64,000 bases of DNA from Octopus sinensis. Its lineage: Eukaryota. The stretch lies in contig NC_043001.1 in assembly GCF_006345805.1 (NCBI RefSeq), positions 114,452,001 through 114,516,000 of the forward strand. The letters run 5' to 3'. Shown in pieces: positions 26,132 to 38,960 of the stretch (positions are counted from its first letter, which is position 1; every line of letters starts with the position of its first letter). A program made the position numbers and the translations under genes. A model generated the notes under the pieces. That model searched no databases. It had not been told where the DNA came from and saw nothing but the letters and a program-made list of their open reading frames with translations.

Positions 26132-26900
26132 CAAAGTAACCCCTGATTTGGGGTTACTTTGAGAAGTAATGTTTTTTTATTAACAAATACAAAAGAAAAA
26201 CCAATGAGCAGCACTAAAAAGTGTTATAGCACTAAAAATATGTCACGCAGTTATCAGTAAGTCACATTTTATATTCTCCATTCTTATTCAAGGTCAGGAA
26301 TCGATAGGTTCAAAGTAACTTCGCTGGATAATCAAAGGGGAAACATATCATGTTATACAAGTTTTTACAAAGATACCAAAACACTTCAATAGAAAATTAT
26401 TAACTAGTTATATTAACATACTATTTTAACATACTATTTTAACAAAGCTTATATCTTTTATGCAAGAAGTGCTTTCGCTACTGACAAAAGCATTCATATC
26501 TTGCAAAAATATTTGTTTTGCTGGAATTTGAAGAAGTTGACAAATTCTTTCTTTGAGTGGATAATCAATACGTTGATGAGAGATACACTGCTTCTCATAA
26601 ACAAGAGTTTATGGGGATGTGTCTTCATGCGTACTCTGATTCGTATTATCAACTACATTTCTAGATAAAGTACGCAGAATAAGACTATAATATAGTGACA
26701 TGCAAAACAATATTGGCAGTGGATTTTGAAGTCCTAAGCGAGATTTGTTATAGTCCTATTTAACACAAGTGTGAGCAATTTAAAGAAAGATTCTATGCGT
26801 GTTCGGAATCCTTTCTAACTCTCACATGTTTGAAAGTAGTGTGTTGGGAAAATACTAATCATAATTACTTTCTTAGATGTGCACAGATCAGTTTTAAATT
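26132..26900 (-). mobile_element. Possible decayed pogo/Fot1-like DNA transposon
   Basis: Minus translation MKTHPHKLLFMRSSVSL..SKKEFVNFF resembles pogo-type FMKRHP-x-LSLR..FNK..V..FF; perfect 12-bp hairpin CAAAGTAACCCC/GGGGTTACTTTG at 26132-26161. Confidence 0.35.
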
Positions 26901-27269
26901 ATTGACAAAATTTCATAAATGTGGCATGTAGAAGAGTTATCTTTAAATGTTATAGGAAGAGGTAAGAAAATCTTAAACATTTTTAAGCGAAACGTGTTTG
27001 GAAAATACTTTGCCGAGTCGAAATTTGAGCTTCGAAAATATTTCAAATGATAACATTTTATGTTTTATTTCACATGGTTTGTTTATAGCGGTCGTTGCTT
27101 GTGCAGCACAATACACACTTTCTCCATCAAAAAATCATTTACTTGTACTTGTTCACAATGTGCTATGTGTCAGATGTTAAATTGATCGCAGATCTGAGAT
27201 CAGAGTGGCCTTCTACTCTAGCTGCTCAAAAGCTATTGAGCTTAGACTGCCCTATGAGTAAGTAGATGC

Positions 27270-27385
27270 TGATAACGCACATCAACTAGGGGACCTTCAG
27301 CAACCACAAAACTGGTTTTATATCAGAGCTTTTCTTCTCCTACATGGGTTGCCCTAACCACGGCTAAGGAGCCCCATCTATCCTA
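27270..27385 (-). mobile_element. RTE 5'UTR fragment
   Basis: Reverse complement GGCTCCTTAGCCGTGGTTAGGGCAACCCATGTAGGAGAAGAAAAGCTCTGA matches the RTE leader motif also seen near 1710-1757. Confidence 0.45.
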
Positions 27386-27403
27386 TACGTATATATAAAT
27401 ACA

Positions 27404-27441
<38 letters not shown>

Positions 27442-27443
27442 TA

Positions 27444-27507
<64 letters not shown>

Positions 27508-27642
27508 TATATAAGTTCAGCAGCAATTTAGATTCAAATGAATATAGTACTTAATTTAGATGCACCAGAATTTTGTATGGTGTTATCCATAACAATTTGC
27601 GGGGTGATTATAATCAAAAATAAGCAACAAGAATAACTCCGG

Positions 27643-27735
27643 TAATTTGGTAAAATTGTTTCGTACTACAACATTTTATTAAAAGTTGTAAGTATTACAG
27701 CAGATTTAAGATGCTGAGTGCTCTTCAGCCAATTA
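27643..27735 (-). ncRNA. Hammerhead ribozyme fold, mutated copy (family A)
   Basis: Same fold as 28756-28847, but stem II GCACU/AGUAC has a mismatch and the triplet reads UUA. Confidence 0.45.
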
Positions 27736-27909
27736 TATAGGTTTTCCAATAATACAAAAGCTTTCAAATCAAGTAGTAACATTTTAGAGGAGGTAGATAT
27801 ACAGATAAAGATGTAGATTTAAATTTTAAGAACATATGAGGTTGTGAAATCCAGCCACTAACTGACCTTATATATATATAACTGAAAAATATAGGAATAC
27901 TCATAATTT

Positions 27910-28390
27910 TTATTTAAAGTATTTAAACGTTCGAGTTGTGGAATGTATGCAAGATATAACCCAACTCCAGACGATTATTCAACAGATTTATATTACTCTG
28001 ATGTTTTAAAATTTCATAAGTTTCCGTAGAACAAATTTGGAAACCTTCCCTACTATTTCTATAAGGTTTCGCCCTTCTAACTATATCTCATTTTAGGTTG
28101 AATCCTATATTATTTGTTTTTAGTTCCCAAATTTTGCTAGATAGTGTTGTGCAACCTGCCTTATGTTTTCGTCTAAAAGAGGAAAAATGATTGTTAAGAC
28201 GTTTTTTAAAATCTACAGAACATGCGAAATAAAGAAAGTTATTGTTAGAAGTTATAATCGTGCATTTATAAATTACGTTTTGGACCGAACAACGACCAGA
28301 TACTGGACATTTTGATCTAATCCCACAATTACAACTGGGGGGATAGTATTCAGTTTTGGAATTATTTAAGGATAGTTCCCTCACATTACT
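27910..28390 (-). pseudogene. GIY-YIG endonuclease of Penelope-like element
   Basis: CNCGIRSKCPVSGRCSVQNVIYKCTI..FKKRLNNHFSSF..TTLSSKIWELK, then IVRRAKPY..QICSTETYEI..LLNNRLEL after a stop or frameshift. Confidence 0.85.
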
Positions 28391-28755
28391 GTTATTTAAA
28401 CTATTATTAGTATTAGTGTTATTTTCATTTTCTGTAAAGGATATTAATGAACTTTTGACACTGGCCTAATTTTTCTCACCAAATAGCAGTAATTGGCATT
28501 TTGTTAGTGGCAACTTGAATTCCTTTTATGGTATTCTGAAACCTCCCTTACCCTCATTCCTAAAACTAAAAAAATGTCTTTATTACTTCTAATTCTTATA
28601 GCAGTTAGATACAACTATAGTTTGGTCAGTTAGTGGCTGGACTTCACAACCTCATATGTTCTTAAAATTTAAATCTACATATTTATCTGTATATCTACCT
28701 CCTCTAAAATGTTACTACTTGATTTGAAAGCTTTTTTATTATTGGAAAACCTATA

Positions 28756-28847
28756 TAATTGGCTGAAGAGCACTCAGCATCTTAAATCTGCTGTAATACT
28801 ACAACTTTTAATAAAATGTTATAGTGCGAAACAATTGTACCAAATTA
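28756..28847 (+). ncRNA. Type I hammerhead ribozyme with long branched stem II insertion (family A)
   Basis: Stem I UAAUUGG/CCAAAUUA; core CUGAAGA (28763-28769); stem II GCACU/AGUGC; GAAAC (28828-28832); loop AAUU (palindrome ACAAUUGU); GUA triplet at 28837-28839. Confidence 0.75.
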
Positions 28848-30074
28848 CCGGAGTTATTCTTGTTGCTTATTTTTGATTATATATATATATATATATTATA
28901 TATATATATATATATACCGTATCAATACAGAAATATGAATTTTGGAGGCGTTTTGAAAACTTCTTGAAGAAAATCGATTGACAATACAAAGGCCTTTCCA
29001 TTGATTCGAAAAGCTTAATGTAAATATAAAAGATTTATGCTATCTCACAAGGATGAAACATTATTACGTTTTCTGACATCAATTGTCTTAAGATAAAATG
29101 CAAGTAACATGCTCTCCGATATATGAATATTACACCAGAGACAATTCAATTAAATATCCATCTATTATCTGTATTTTTGGGGTTTTACTACTTCAAAATA
29201 ACTATTCAAGTTTTGGGTTATTTAGACTACGGAAATGGCAGTTATATATGTGAAAGATAGTTAATTGAATTATTGTTTATGTATGTTGTAATTATTAAAG
29301 CCCGTACATAAAGACAATAGAGATATGTAAGAGAGTTGATCTTAAAACAAAGATTAATGAAAGTGATGAAGAGAGCTATACTGTTCTTTAATCTACTAAT
29401 CAAACGTTTTTCTCAGTAAACAACTTCCATAATTTGAATGGAATTAAAACATGCATTGATATGTATGTCAATTGTTGAGCTCAAAGTTAAATGATTGCAT
29501 GTGCGTGTGTGTTTGTGTGTGAGTGTGTGCATGTGTGTTTGTGTGTATGATTATATAAACTTCGTATACTGACTTTACGTTCTAAATAGAAATTCCACAG
29601 AGGTCGCCTTTCCCATTTATCACTTGCAACATTGATTTAATTATTACCCTTCATGTTAATGGAGTTAAAGTATCTAAAACGTTCTGTGATATATTATACC
29701 CCAAAGAATGTATAACAGGTAAGATATAAAAAAAAAACACAACTTGATATAAACTCTTGATTATTCACTGGTTGATAAGTAAATAAAATTACACCAGAGA
29801 TTAGAAATATTATTGTTTGTACTTCTCTGTTGAATGACATTTTCTGGTTTTCTGTGTGGTTTCACTATTTTCTGTGTAACATCTTTCTGTACAGTTCATA
29901 TCAAAATACATTCTTCTCAGGACGGTGAATTGTCAGAGCCGTTATAGCAGCGGATAAAATATTTGTTCAGGATCTTTATGTTCTGAGTTCAAATCATTTC
30001 CAGTTCAGCCTTGCTTAACATCATTCTGAGTTCAATTCAATAAAGCACCTGTAACTGCTTCCCCATTTATTTTT

Positions 30075-30555
30075 ACCAATACTGATTTCAAATTTTGGCA
30101 CCAGACCAACAGACTCGGAGTAAGGATTAAGTTGATTACATCGGCACCAGTTCTTAACTTGTACTTATTTTATCGACCCCTAAAGAGATGAAAGTCAAGG
30201 TCGGTCGACCTCCGCAGAATTTTGAATTCAGACAGGAAAGACGAACGAAATGCAGCTAAACAGTTTTCTCGGTATGTTAATGATTCTGCAGCTCGCTGCT
30301 TTATATTTATACCAATATTAGAAATCTTTATTAAAGAAGGCGAAGTGTAGAGTGGTTTGCACGCCGGGCAAAGTGCTTAGCGGCATTTCGTCCGTCTTTA
30401 TGTTCAGAGTGCAATTCCGCCGCGTTTGATTTTGCCGTTCATCCCTTTCAGGATCGATAAAATATGTAGCAGTTGAGCACTGGAGCATCGATTTTATTGA
30501 TTTCCCCATTTCCTCGAACTTGCTCGCTTTGTGCCAAAATTTGAAACCGATTTTC
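30075..30555. mobile_element. Two divergently oriented Nin/Deu SINEs (~30075-30300 minus, ~30335-30555 plus)
   Basis: Each carries the ATCGACCCC/GATCGATAAA domain and the GCTTAGCGGCATTTCGTC-type head. Confidence 0.7.
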
Positions 30556-30849
30556 AAAATCGTTATAAAATATCTCTTTAATCAAGTGTACTCACCGATT
30601 TAAACATGAAACAAAAAAAAATATTAATATTCAAAATGATACAAGTAGTGGATTAGAAATATCGACAAAGCATCCGATAAAAAGAAAAGACTTGTAGGCG
30701 ACGGAGTGGTAAGATGTACGTAGCGGCGATTGGTCGAATTGAAGAATCGTTAGAACTTCTGAAAAATATATTTGTGGTGTTCCATTGGCAGAATCATTTT
30801 CGCTTCAGAAAAATGGCATTACGGTGGATAGCTTCCCTTTCTCTGTCTG

Positions 30850-31009
<160 letters not shown>

Positions 31010-31181
31010 TACATTTTCAATTCTCGTAGAAGTCAATATTGAATTTCACCCTTATAAAATAAAATAACATATTCTGGAGTTGTTTTAATTGTCCATATTC
31101 TTTATAAAATATTTAACGTTGTTTCAATATTAATAACAATATCAAAACTATCCATTCTAACAGGTGGTTAATGTCTTTTAA

Positions 31182-31568
31182 GTGGAGGCACAATGGCCCA
31201 GTGGTTAGGGCAGCGGACTCGCGGTCATAGGATTGCGGTTTCGATTCCCAGACCGGGCGTTGTGAGTGTTTATTGAGCGAAAACACCTAAGGCTCCACGA
31301 GGCTCCGGCAGGGGATGGTGGTGATCCCTGCTGTACTCTTTCACCACAACTTTCTCTCACTCTTACTTCCTGTTTCTGTTGTACCTGTATTTCAAAAGGC
31401 CGGCCTTGTCACTCTCTATGTCACGCTGAATATCCCCGAGAACTACGTTAAGGGTACACGTGTTTGTGGAGTGCTCAGCCACTTACACGTAAATTTCACG
31501 AGCAGGCTGTTCCGTTGATTCGGATCAACCGGAACCCTCGTCGTCGTAACCGACGGAGTGCTTCCACT
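31182..31568 (+). mobile_element. tRNA-derived SINE, head A plus tail 1
   Basis: A box TGGCCCAGTGG, B box GGTTTCGATTCCC; TSD AATGT(C/A)TTTTAA at 31170-31181 and 31569-31580. Confidence 0.9.
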
Positions 31569-31806
31569 AATGTATTTTAAAAGACAAAGTAAAAGTGGAA
31601 TGTGCATAATAAATGATAGTCTTTTGAATTACTTAGGAAGCTATTCTGAACGTTTACAGATCCTTACCGAGATTTCTTACGACGGCCCAACAGCATTCAG
31701 AAAGAAACGAAACTGTAAGAAAAATAAATGAATTTCTGGAACTGATTTTCTGAAAAATTGACTTCGTTTCATTTATTTCAATAAATTTTCCTCTTCTATC
31801 TCAGCA

Positions 31807-32040
<234 letters not shown>

Positions 32041-34524
32041 AATTTATATTGTATAGAGGGCATTATTACACATAAATGCCTCACGCTATATATATATATA
32101 TATACTTTGGGTGGTTGAACTGTTTAAATTGCCTTAAAATGAAATAAAATATAGAAAAGACTCTGGAACTAATCTAAGATATATATTCACAGACTCGCAA
32201 ATCTGGCCAGACATGTAAAAAAAAAAAACGACATCGAGATATATTTAATACCCGAAAGAAAGATGCATTAATTTCTGGTTTAAAAAGGAAGATTTCAAGA
32301 ACACGAAGCAATACAATTAAGTTCTCCTGATTTTGTTGTCTATATCCACGAGGGTATCGTGAATAGAAATGTAGAGTTCATAAATGATTGCAGACACATG
32401 AAATTAATATTCGCAAGAGTATATAACATAACAGACCGCTATCTCTTTGTTTAGAACACACTCAGTTTAAGTTTAAAGAGAAGCACATTAAGGTTCTACT
32501 TTGACTATATATCGTAGTATGTACAAAATATGAAATGGAGCTTTCTATCTCACAGTGGCTCTTAATAATACTTTTAAACATACTAAGTTTTACGATTAAT
32601 GTAATTTTCCAGAAATCAATTGATTCTTCTACACATCCGCTTTTACAACTCAGAGTCGTTTCCCTTCATGTAGATACATTAATTTTATGGCACGTGAATA
32701 GTCCATACACTTACCTCTCCCCTACACATATATCTATTTAAATTTCTAGTGTTAGTGTTTAGCTCAAGGTCAAACATCATAAAGCAGATCTACGACGGAA
32801 ATTATTCGAGCACTAATCATCACTCACTGTTTTCAGATATACTGTAACTAGGAACACAATATCCATTTGACATTTCTTTTGAAAGACTGTAGCGTGTGAT
32901 TTGAGAGATATTTGATCGTTGTGTCTCGCACGTTCAGCGAACATACAGATATTCACTCATTAGTTACAAAACATGAATAAATGTTGTAGAATCGCACACA
33001 AACATCTAAGAATAAAAGACTAAATCAAATATGTATAACTTCGTCTAATTTCCCGAGAGACACTGAGACTCGGAATAATTCTTGGAATGCTGATAAAGAA
33101 TTCTCAAGATAAGTAATATGAAATTATAAATGATACAGTATAGCCGATTGTCCCTGACTTTTTCTTAAACTTCTATAATATACAACATATTTTTTACTAT
33201 CCAAAATAAAACTAATTGAGCTAAGAGAAGACTACTCTTATATGAGTTGAAAGCCTAAATGAATATAATTAACTTTAAATATTTACATCACAGTAGCAAA
33301 TATTAAGTTGTTCTTTCATAAGTACAATCATTCTACACACTATGCCATGACATACAAGCGTACTGTTACAACTAATGTACGTTACATAAACACATCTAGG
33401 AGGCATGAAACTAATGTTATTGCTAACACTGACATGGTTGGGCGACAGAATAACTAGTGCCAGACAAAAATGAATTTAAGTAATTAGATCTGCTGCTTTC
33501 ATTTTATATATTGTTGTTATGCTATAATTTACTCTTCCTTCATCTGCTGTCGATAAGTACCAGCGATCATTTGGGTTAATATAGTCAGGTGTTCTGCACT
33601 CCATAGCCTCTCATTTTATGAAGAAATGAACAGTAATTAACATTTGAATGAAGAATTTGTATGAAACATGGGAATATACGTATACAAAGGACAACAATCC
33701 GAGTAGATATTCTACTCGGCTTCCACTCAGGATGTTATATATTTCATATACACTGCATAAGCTCCATGAATGCTTGGGAACTATTCTCAATGCCTTATAG
33801 CTATATGACCTAGTTTCAGATCGTCAGGAATTCGTACGTAAAGAATTTACGTCTTGCATATGCTTTTTCTACAGTCATCAAATAGCATTCGTTCCAATTG
33901 CACGTCGATCGATCTCACTATTCTAGAGAAAGTCTCAGAAGTGACCAAAAATCATGAACACGTTCCTACTTCTTCTAACTAAAAAAATATGAAAAAAAGG
34001 TGATATGCTCGATATTCGTTTCAGCCATATTTACAACAGTCAGTATCACTATTTTTATGCCACAAAACTGAGTTACGCACTGAAAGATTTTGTAGAAAAA
34101 ATCTTCAATAACTAGTATGTTTCAGCGCAATAAAACAATGATTTTCTCATTAACGAAGATAAACAAATAAACACTAAGATTTTCTTTTATTTTCGCCACT
34201 TTATAATTAATATCCTATATTTCAATTACGCATAAATTTTATTTGACAATGCGATCAGATAAATAATTGTAATTAGAGCAGGAAAAATTATACGTATACT
34301 ACTACAATACATATATATATATATATATATATATACCCAGTAACCACAGCATTGCTAATACCGCTAATACAACGGCTATCAAACATCACACCAAACTATA
34401 TCTTTATGACAAATACTTGTATAGAATATATCACCAATGACTGCCCGCTTTCAGAAGAATATTTTTGTGCGCGCTCTGATTAACAAAATTAAAGCGATGC
34501 AAAAAGCATCTTCAAATATAAGTG

Positions 34525-34587
<63 letters not shown>

Positions 34588-34591
<4 letters not shown>

Positions 34592-34689
34592 TATTTTCAA
34601 AGTGAAAAAATTTATAGATTTTTTCTCTTACGAGGTTTTTCACGCTAACTACTGATAATTTCTTATAAAGATTTTATCCTTAATTTTAA

Positions 34690-34692
<3 letters not shown>
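34588..34692. repeat. (TA)n-associated element (family D), inverted copy 2
   Basis: See 31922-32040; bounded by TA runs on both sides. Confidence 0.7.
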
Positions 34693-34752
<60 letters not shown>

Positions 34753-34753
<1 letters not shown>

Positions 34754-35960
34754 AATGGAATTGATCAAAGTCGAGCCATCACTGTAGTTGGTCAGTTAAA
34801 TTTAAAACCAAGGGGAAGCAAAAGGCAGTTACAGGTGTAGATGTATATAAAGAAGTAAAACATTAAATAAAAAGTGGCCGCTTATGTCATTATACACCAT
34901 CTTAACATAAATACTAGCAACCGTACGACAGTAAAAAGCTAACAGTTAAGGAGAGACAACTGTTAGGGGAGGTGGTTGCTAGGGCATTTACCTGCAAATT
35001 ATAATGCTAAATCAAAAACCTTAACAAGCCAGAACCGTCCCAAGTAGTGGTTATACTAGACGATACTTATATTATTTGTAGTTTTCAGTTTTAGCATTTT
35101 TTAAATCAGGGTATAAGTTCAACAAATATCTTATAATCTGTAACTGTCTTAGCTTGCTCTTGATTTTAAATTTAACTGACCAACTATAGGGATGGCTCGA
35201 CTTTTATCAATTTCATTACGGACAACAGGTGGCTGTAAGTACCCTATTGTAACAACTTTACGGGTTTGTTTTGGATAAATGTTGATTTGTGCTATTTACG
35301 AAATCATAAGTACCATTCTTTTTCTAGGCTTCTTGGTGAATCCTTTTATACTTAAGTACTGGTTTTATTTTCTTATTATTTATACACCCTGCTTCCTCTA
35401 AAGAAGTATTTACCCACCATTCATTTTTCTAGTTTATTTGCTAGTTTATTCATTTGCTCATCGAATTCAAGCTTTACACTGCAAAATTGTATGATTCTAA
35501 TTTGTTGAGCCTTCTTGCCTCATCTCGAGGCCCTGTTCTTTCCTATTATCTCTTCTTTTATTCTATATATTTGAATTCACTTTGATGAAGCGCCGTGTAC
35601 TAGATCGGATGTGCTATGAATATGACAAATATTATTCTCATAATTTTCTTTGGAGGCATCGACTGACATTGGTAGCAGAAACGGCCGTAAGCAATGTTAA
35701 AGTTTTGTTTTAAAAAATAATTAATCGATGGTAGTCAATTTGTTTGTTTAGGTCAAGGTAACCTAAACAAATAGGCATGCGTTCCGAGTGCCCCAATAAG
35801 AAACTCACTAAAATTCCAGTCAGAATAACGGCAATAATTGTGGTTCTGTTGAAGACTTGTTCGAAAAAGACCTGTAGTTGGTGGTCAGTAGTTATTTGTT
35901 AAAGTAGTGAAGAAGGCAAATAATCAAGTCAGGATTATCACATTTAAATTCATTAAATTC
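34753..35960 (-). mobile_element. Possible decayed Penelope-like element with 60-bp inverted repeat
   Basis: Arms 34753-34812 and 35159-35218 (5 mismatches) contain CTATAGTTGGTCAGTTA, nearly identical to the family A boundary at ~28615-28632. Minus-strand fragments IILT*LFA, YCRYSD and GYLDL at ~35760-35950 resemble RT motifs. Confidence 0.35.
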
Positions 35961-36140
35961 AATCTAAAATAGTAATATTATAAAAGAAAACTAGTAAATA
36001 TAATAGATATATGTATTTATGCATTAATAGACATAGAGATACATGCATATACACACTCGCTCACACACGCTCAAACATGTGTGTGTATTTGTGTGTGTAT
36101 GTGTTTGCGTGTGTGAGTGTATGGTGTGGGTGTGTGGGTG

Positions 36141-36440
36141 TGTGAAGGCGTATGGTATTTTGGTTAGGGCGTTGCACTGACAATCACTAGATCGTAGGTT
36201 CGATACCTGTAGCAGGCGGTGTTTTGTATTCTTGAGTAAACCACTGAACTTCACCCTACTCTAGTCCACTCATCTGTCAATGGGTAACGCTGTGACGAAC
36301 TTGTCTTTCGATGAGGGAAAATATTGGCCAAGAAGCGAGATGTCATCGTTTGAAAGCTAAATTGATGCAAAGCGCATTGAGACAAGCGATGTATAACAAC
36401 ATCCGATATTCTGACCTATCACTAGATCGAACCGACAACA
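36141..36440 (+). mobile_element. tRNA-derived SINE, head B with a further tail type, decayed
   Basis: GTGAAGGCGTATGG..GGTTCGATACC..TGTATTCTTGAGTAAACCACT..CTAGTCCACTCA. Confidence 0.6.
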
Positions 36441-38071
36441 CATATGTATGAATTTATATCCATATATATGTGTGTGTGCGAGCGTGTGTGTATGTATATA
36501 TATATATATTATATATATATATATATATTATATATATATATATATAATATATATATTATATATATCGCCACTATCATATATGCTTATTATATAAGTATAT
36601 AAAGAAGCGCAATAACTGATGCATTATTACGTATATGTTTGCCACTATCACATTTATGTATACACCTCTACAAGCACGTACAAACGTTGATGTATTTCTT
36701 GAATCACACCCGCATATAGCTGTGTGTGCTTGTGTATATGGGTGTGTGTGTGTCTTTGCGTATATAGTTACATATATAGATATATGTAACTTTGTGTGCG
36801 TATTTATATTGGTATGTACACATTAATTTTAGCTTCCCTTTCAAAGTTAATATTTTTAATAGTTTTGTAGCTTTGGAAGCAATTCATCTTCATTTTTATA
36901 TCGTATCACACGTTAGGTTTAAGTCTATAATGAAATATTTTTATCATCACCGATGTAATGTAAATACAAACACATATATTAAAAAAATATATTCAATAAG
37001 TGAGGTATAACGATGAAAGTGTATAAATTTATAAACTCATTCATTGATTTTTATTTGTTAAGGATTGTGTGCATGCAAGCAGAAAACTACATAAGTAGAT
37101 AAAATGTTATAACCATTAATAAACAGAGAAGATAGAAAATGGAGAAGAATAAAACAAGACAAATAAAAACAGAAAGAAGAAAACGAAAGTGAAAGTAATA
37201 AACCGTAAAAAGAAGAGAAGAAAATCAGAAATTTAACACTGCCTTTGAGGGTAAATAATTAAGATTGATCAAAAGATTAGAATTATACATACAGACAGAC
37301 ATAATACATATATAGATGTAGATATACACACTCACATACAAATACATGTATATGTTTACTCATATATATATATATATATATATACAAAAACACACACACA
37401 CATACACATGCCTCATACACACACACACGCATATATATATATATATATGCATGTATGTATATATATATATATATATATATACTCGTTAATACGGGAGGGT
37501 TAAAAACCAAAGCGATAATGGAAATAGTTAACTTAATATTGTTGATTCTTTATATTTTATTTTATTTCATTCTTTTTTGCTTGTGTGAACAAAATATATA
37601 TAATTTAAGCTAATTAAATCAATGATTTGTTTATTTTTAAATTATGTTTAATTTGGGAATATTATTACTGTAAAAGCTCATTAATTAGTAATTTATTACT
37701 GTTGCAATTTTTATTTTTTTATGTACGTTTTAGATTTAATGTTGGCTACGTTTTTTGTAACATGGCCATTCTTGCTACTAGAAACTACAGTTGATTTACC
37801 ATCGATTGACACTCCCCACTGAAAATTACAAAGTAGCTGTTCCTCACTACAAAATCCTTGCTTAAAACTAGGCTTGTATGATCAGCTCTGACCTAGGGCT
37901 AAAAAACAAAGACTATAGCAACAACCTGTCGGCTGATTGTCACAAACATAGCGTTAAGATTGACGAGGAAAGCCGGGTGAATCACCATTTCATAAGTCTG
38001 TTATACACAACGCGCTTATCTATCTATCTATCTATCTATCTATATATATATATAATATATATCTATATATA

Positions 38072-38159
<88 letters not shown>

Positions 38160-38171
38160 GTGGTGTGTGAT

Positions 38172-38357
38172 GATCGTTAGCCACTACACACATTTTTTCT
38201 CTCCATGATTCTCTCGTTTTTTCTGTGTCCATTTCTATAGAAGAGCGTAGTCTCGAAACGTAAAAGACTTTTTCTATTCCTGAGCGTTATACTAATACAT
38301 CTGTTTGTTTTGTACACCACCTTAGTCTTTTGTTTTTTTCGTAAAAACTCTCCCTAC
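38172..38357 (+). mobile_element. Family C element, copy 2
   Basis: TAGCCACTACACACATTTTTTCTCTCC..GAAGAGCGTAGTCTCGAAACGTAAAAGAC..AACTCTCCCTA; TA runs on both sides. Confidence 0.75.
38232..38266 (+). ncRNA. Hammerhead-like motif, degenerate (CUAUAGA core)
   Basis: UUU-CUAUAGA-A-GAGC-GUAG-UCUC-GAAAC-GUA-AAAG; G5 and A6 altered, stem II mismatch. Confidence 0.3.
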
Positions 38358-38380
38358 ATATATATATATATATATATAAT

Positions 38381-38628
38381 AATAAATATTAGGGAATATA
38401 TCCAATTTATACAGGGAAAAAAATCAGATTTAGGATTAAATCCATTTTATAGTAATATTATATACAATTATTTGAGACAAAACCACTATTTTGCAAAACA
38501 CACAAGGAAAGACTTAATCAATACATAAATTAATAAATAGTCAATTTATTAATTGTATTAAATTTTATGTATTGATTAAGTCTTTCCTTGTTTGTTTGCA
38601 AAATAGTGGTTTTGTCTCAAATAATTTT
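38381..38628. repeat. Foldback derived from the family B pseudo-LTR, lacking the ribozyme
   Basis: ~38470-38540 is the reverse complement of ~38556-38625; 38385-38540 matches the reverse complement of ~59700-59875; (TA)n on both sides. Confidence 0.8.
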
Positions 38629-38778
38629 ATATATATATATATATATACAAGATAAGAAAATGGAGAAACATCTAAATCAAATATCAATTACTAGCAGTAT
38701 ATTGGATATACGTTATCCCATAGAGGGTTGCATTTACAACCCCTATCTCAATTTGTATATATATATATATATATATAG

Positions 38779-38960
38779 CGTGCGTAGCTAATTCGCAATT
38801 TTTCAACTTGAAGGCAGAAATATACATGTCACCAAAGTGAACAAGGGCAGTGTTCAGCACCGGTATTGCTAAAAATAACGGTCAAAGCAACGCAATAGCC
38901 AACAAAGCTCTATCTTAATTGGCTGACAAGGAAGACAAGCTCCCTATGGTCGCAGATATA
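38779..38960 (+). repeat. Unclassified dispersed repeat (family E), with copies at ~39128-39230 and ~42660-42832
   Basis: Shared ATTCGCA..AAGGCA.AA.TA..GTCAC.AA..GAGGG..CAGCAC..TATTGCTA.AAATAA; two copies end CTGACAAGG.AGACAA.CTCCCTA. Confidence 0.7.

Larger units (their letters stand above)
27513..28880 (-). mobile_element. Penelope-like element (Neptune-type), 5'-truncated, with inverted pseudo-LTRs (family A)
   Basis: Inverted arms 27610-27867 and 28624-28880 (~258 bp) enclose a GIY-YIG remnant; (TA)n on both flanks (~27408-27512 and ~28879-28917). Confidence 0.85.

Noticed and set aside
28088-28384. Naiad/Chlamys-type or selenoprotein PLE
   Set aside because: The linker and endonuclease order matches the C-terminal EN (Neptune-like) arrangement; no N-terminal EN or recoded UGA pattern is visible.
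31182-31260. tRNA-like sequences with A and B boxes (also 39684, 42101, 11350-11426, 7320-7392)
   Set aside because: They run into SINE bodies with TSDs and lack a complete cloverleaf; SINE heads, not tRNA genes.
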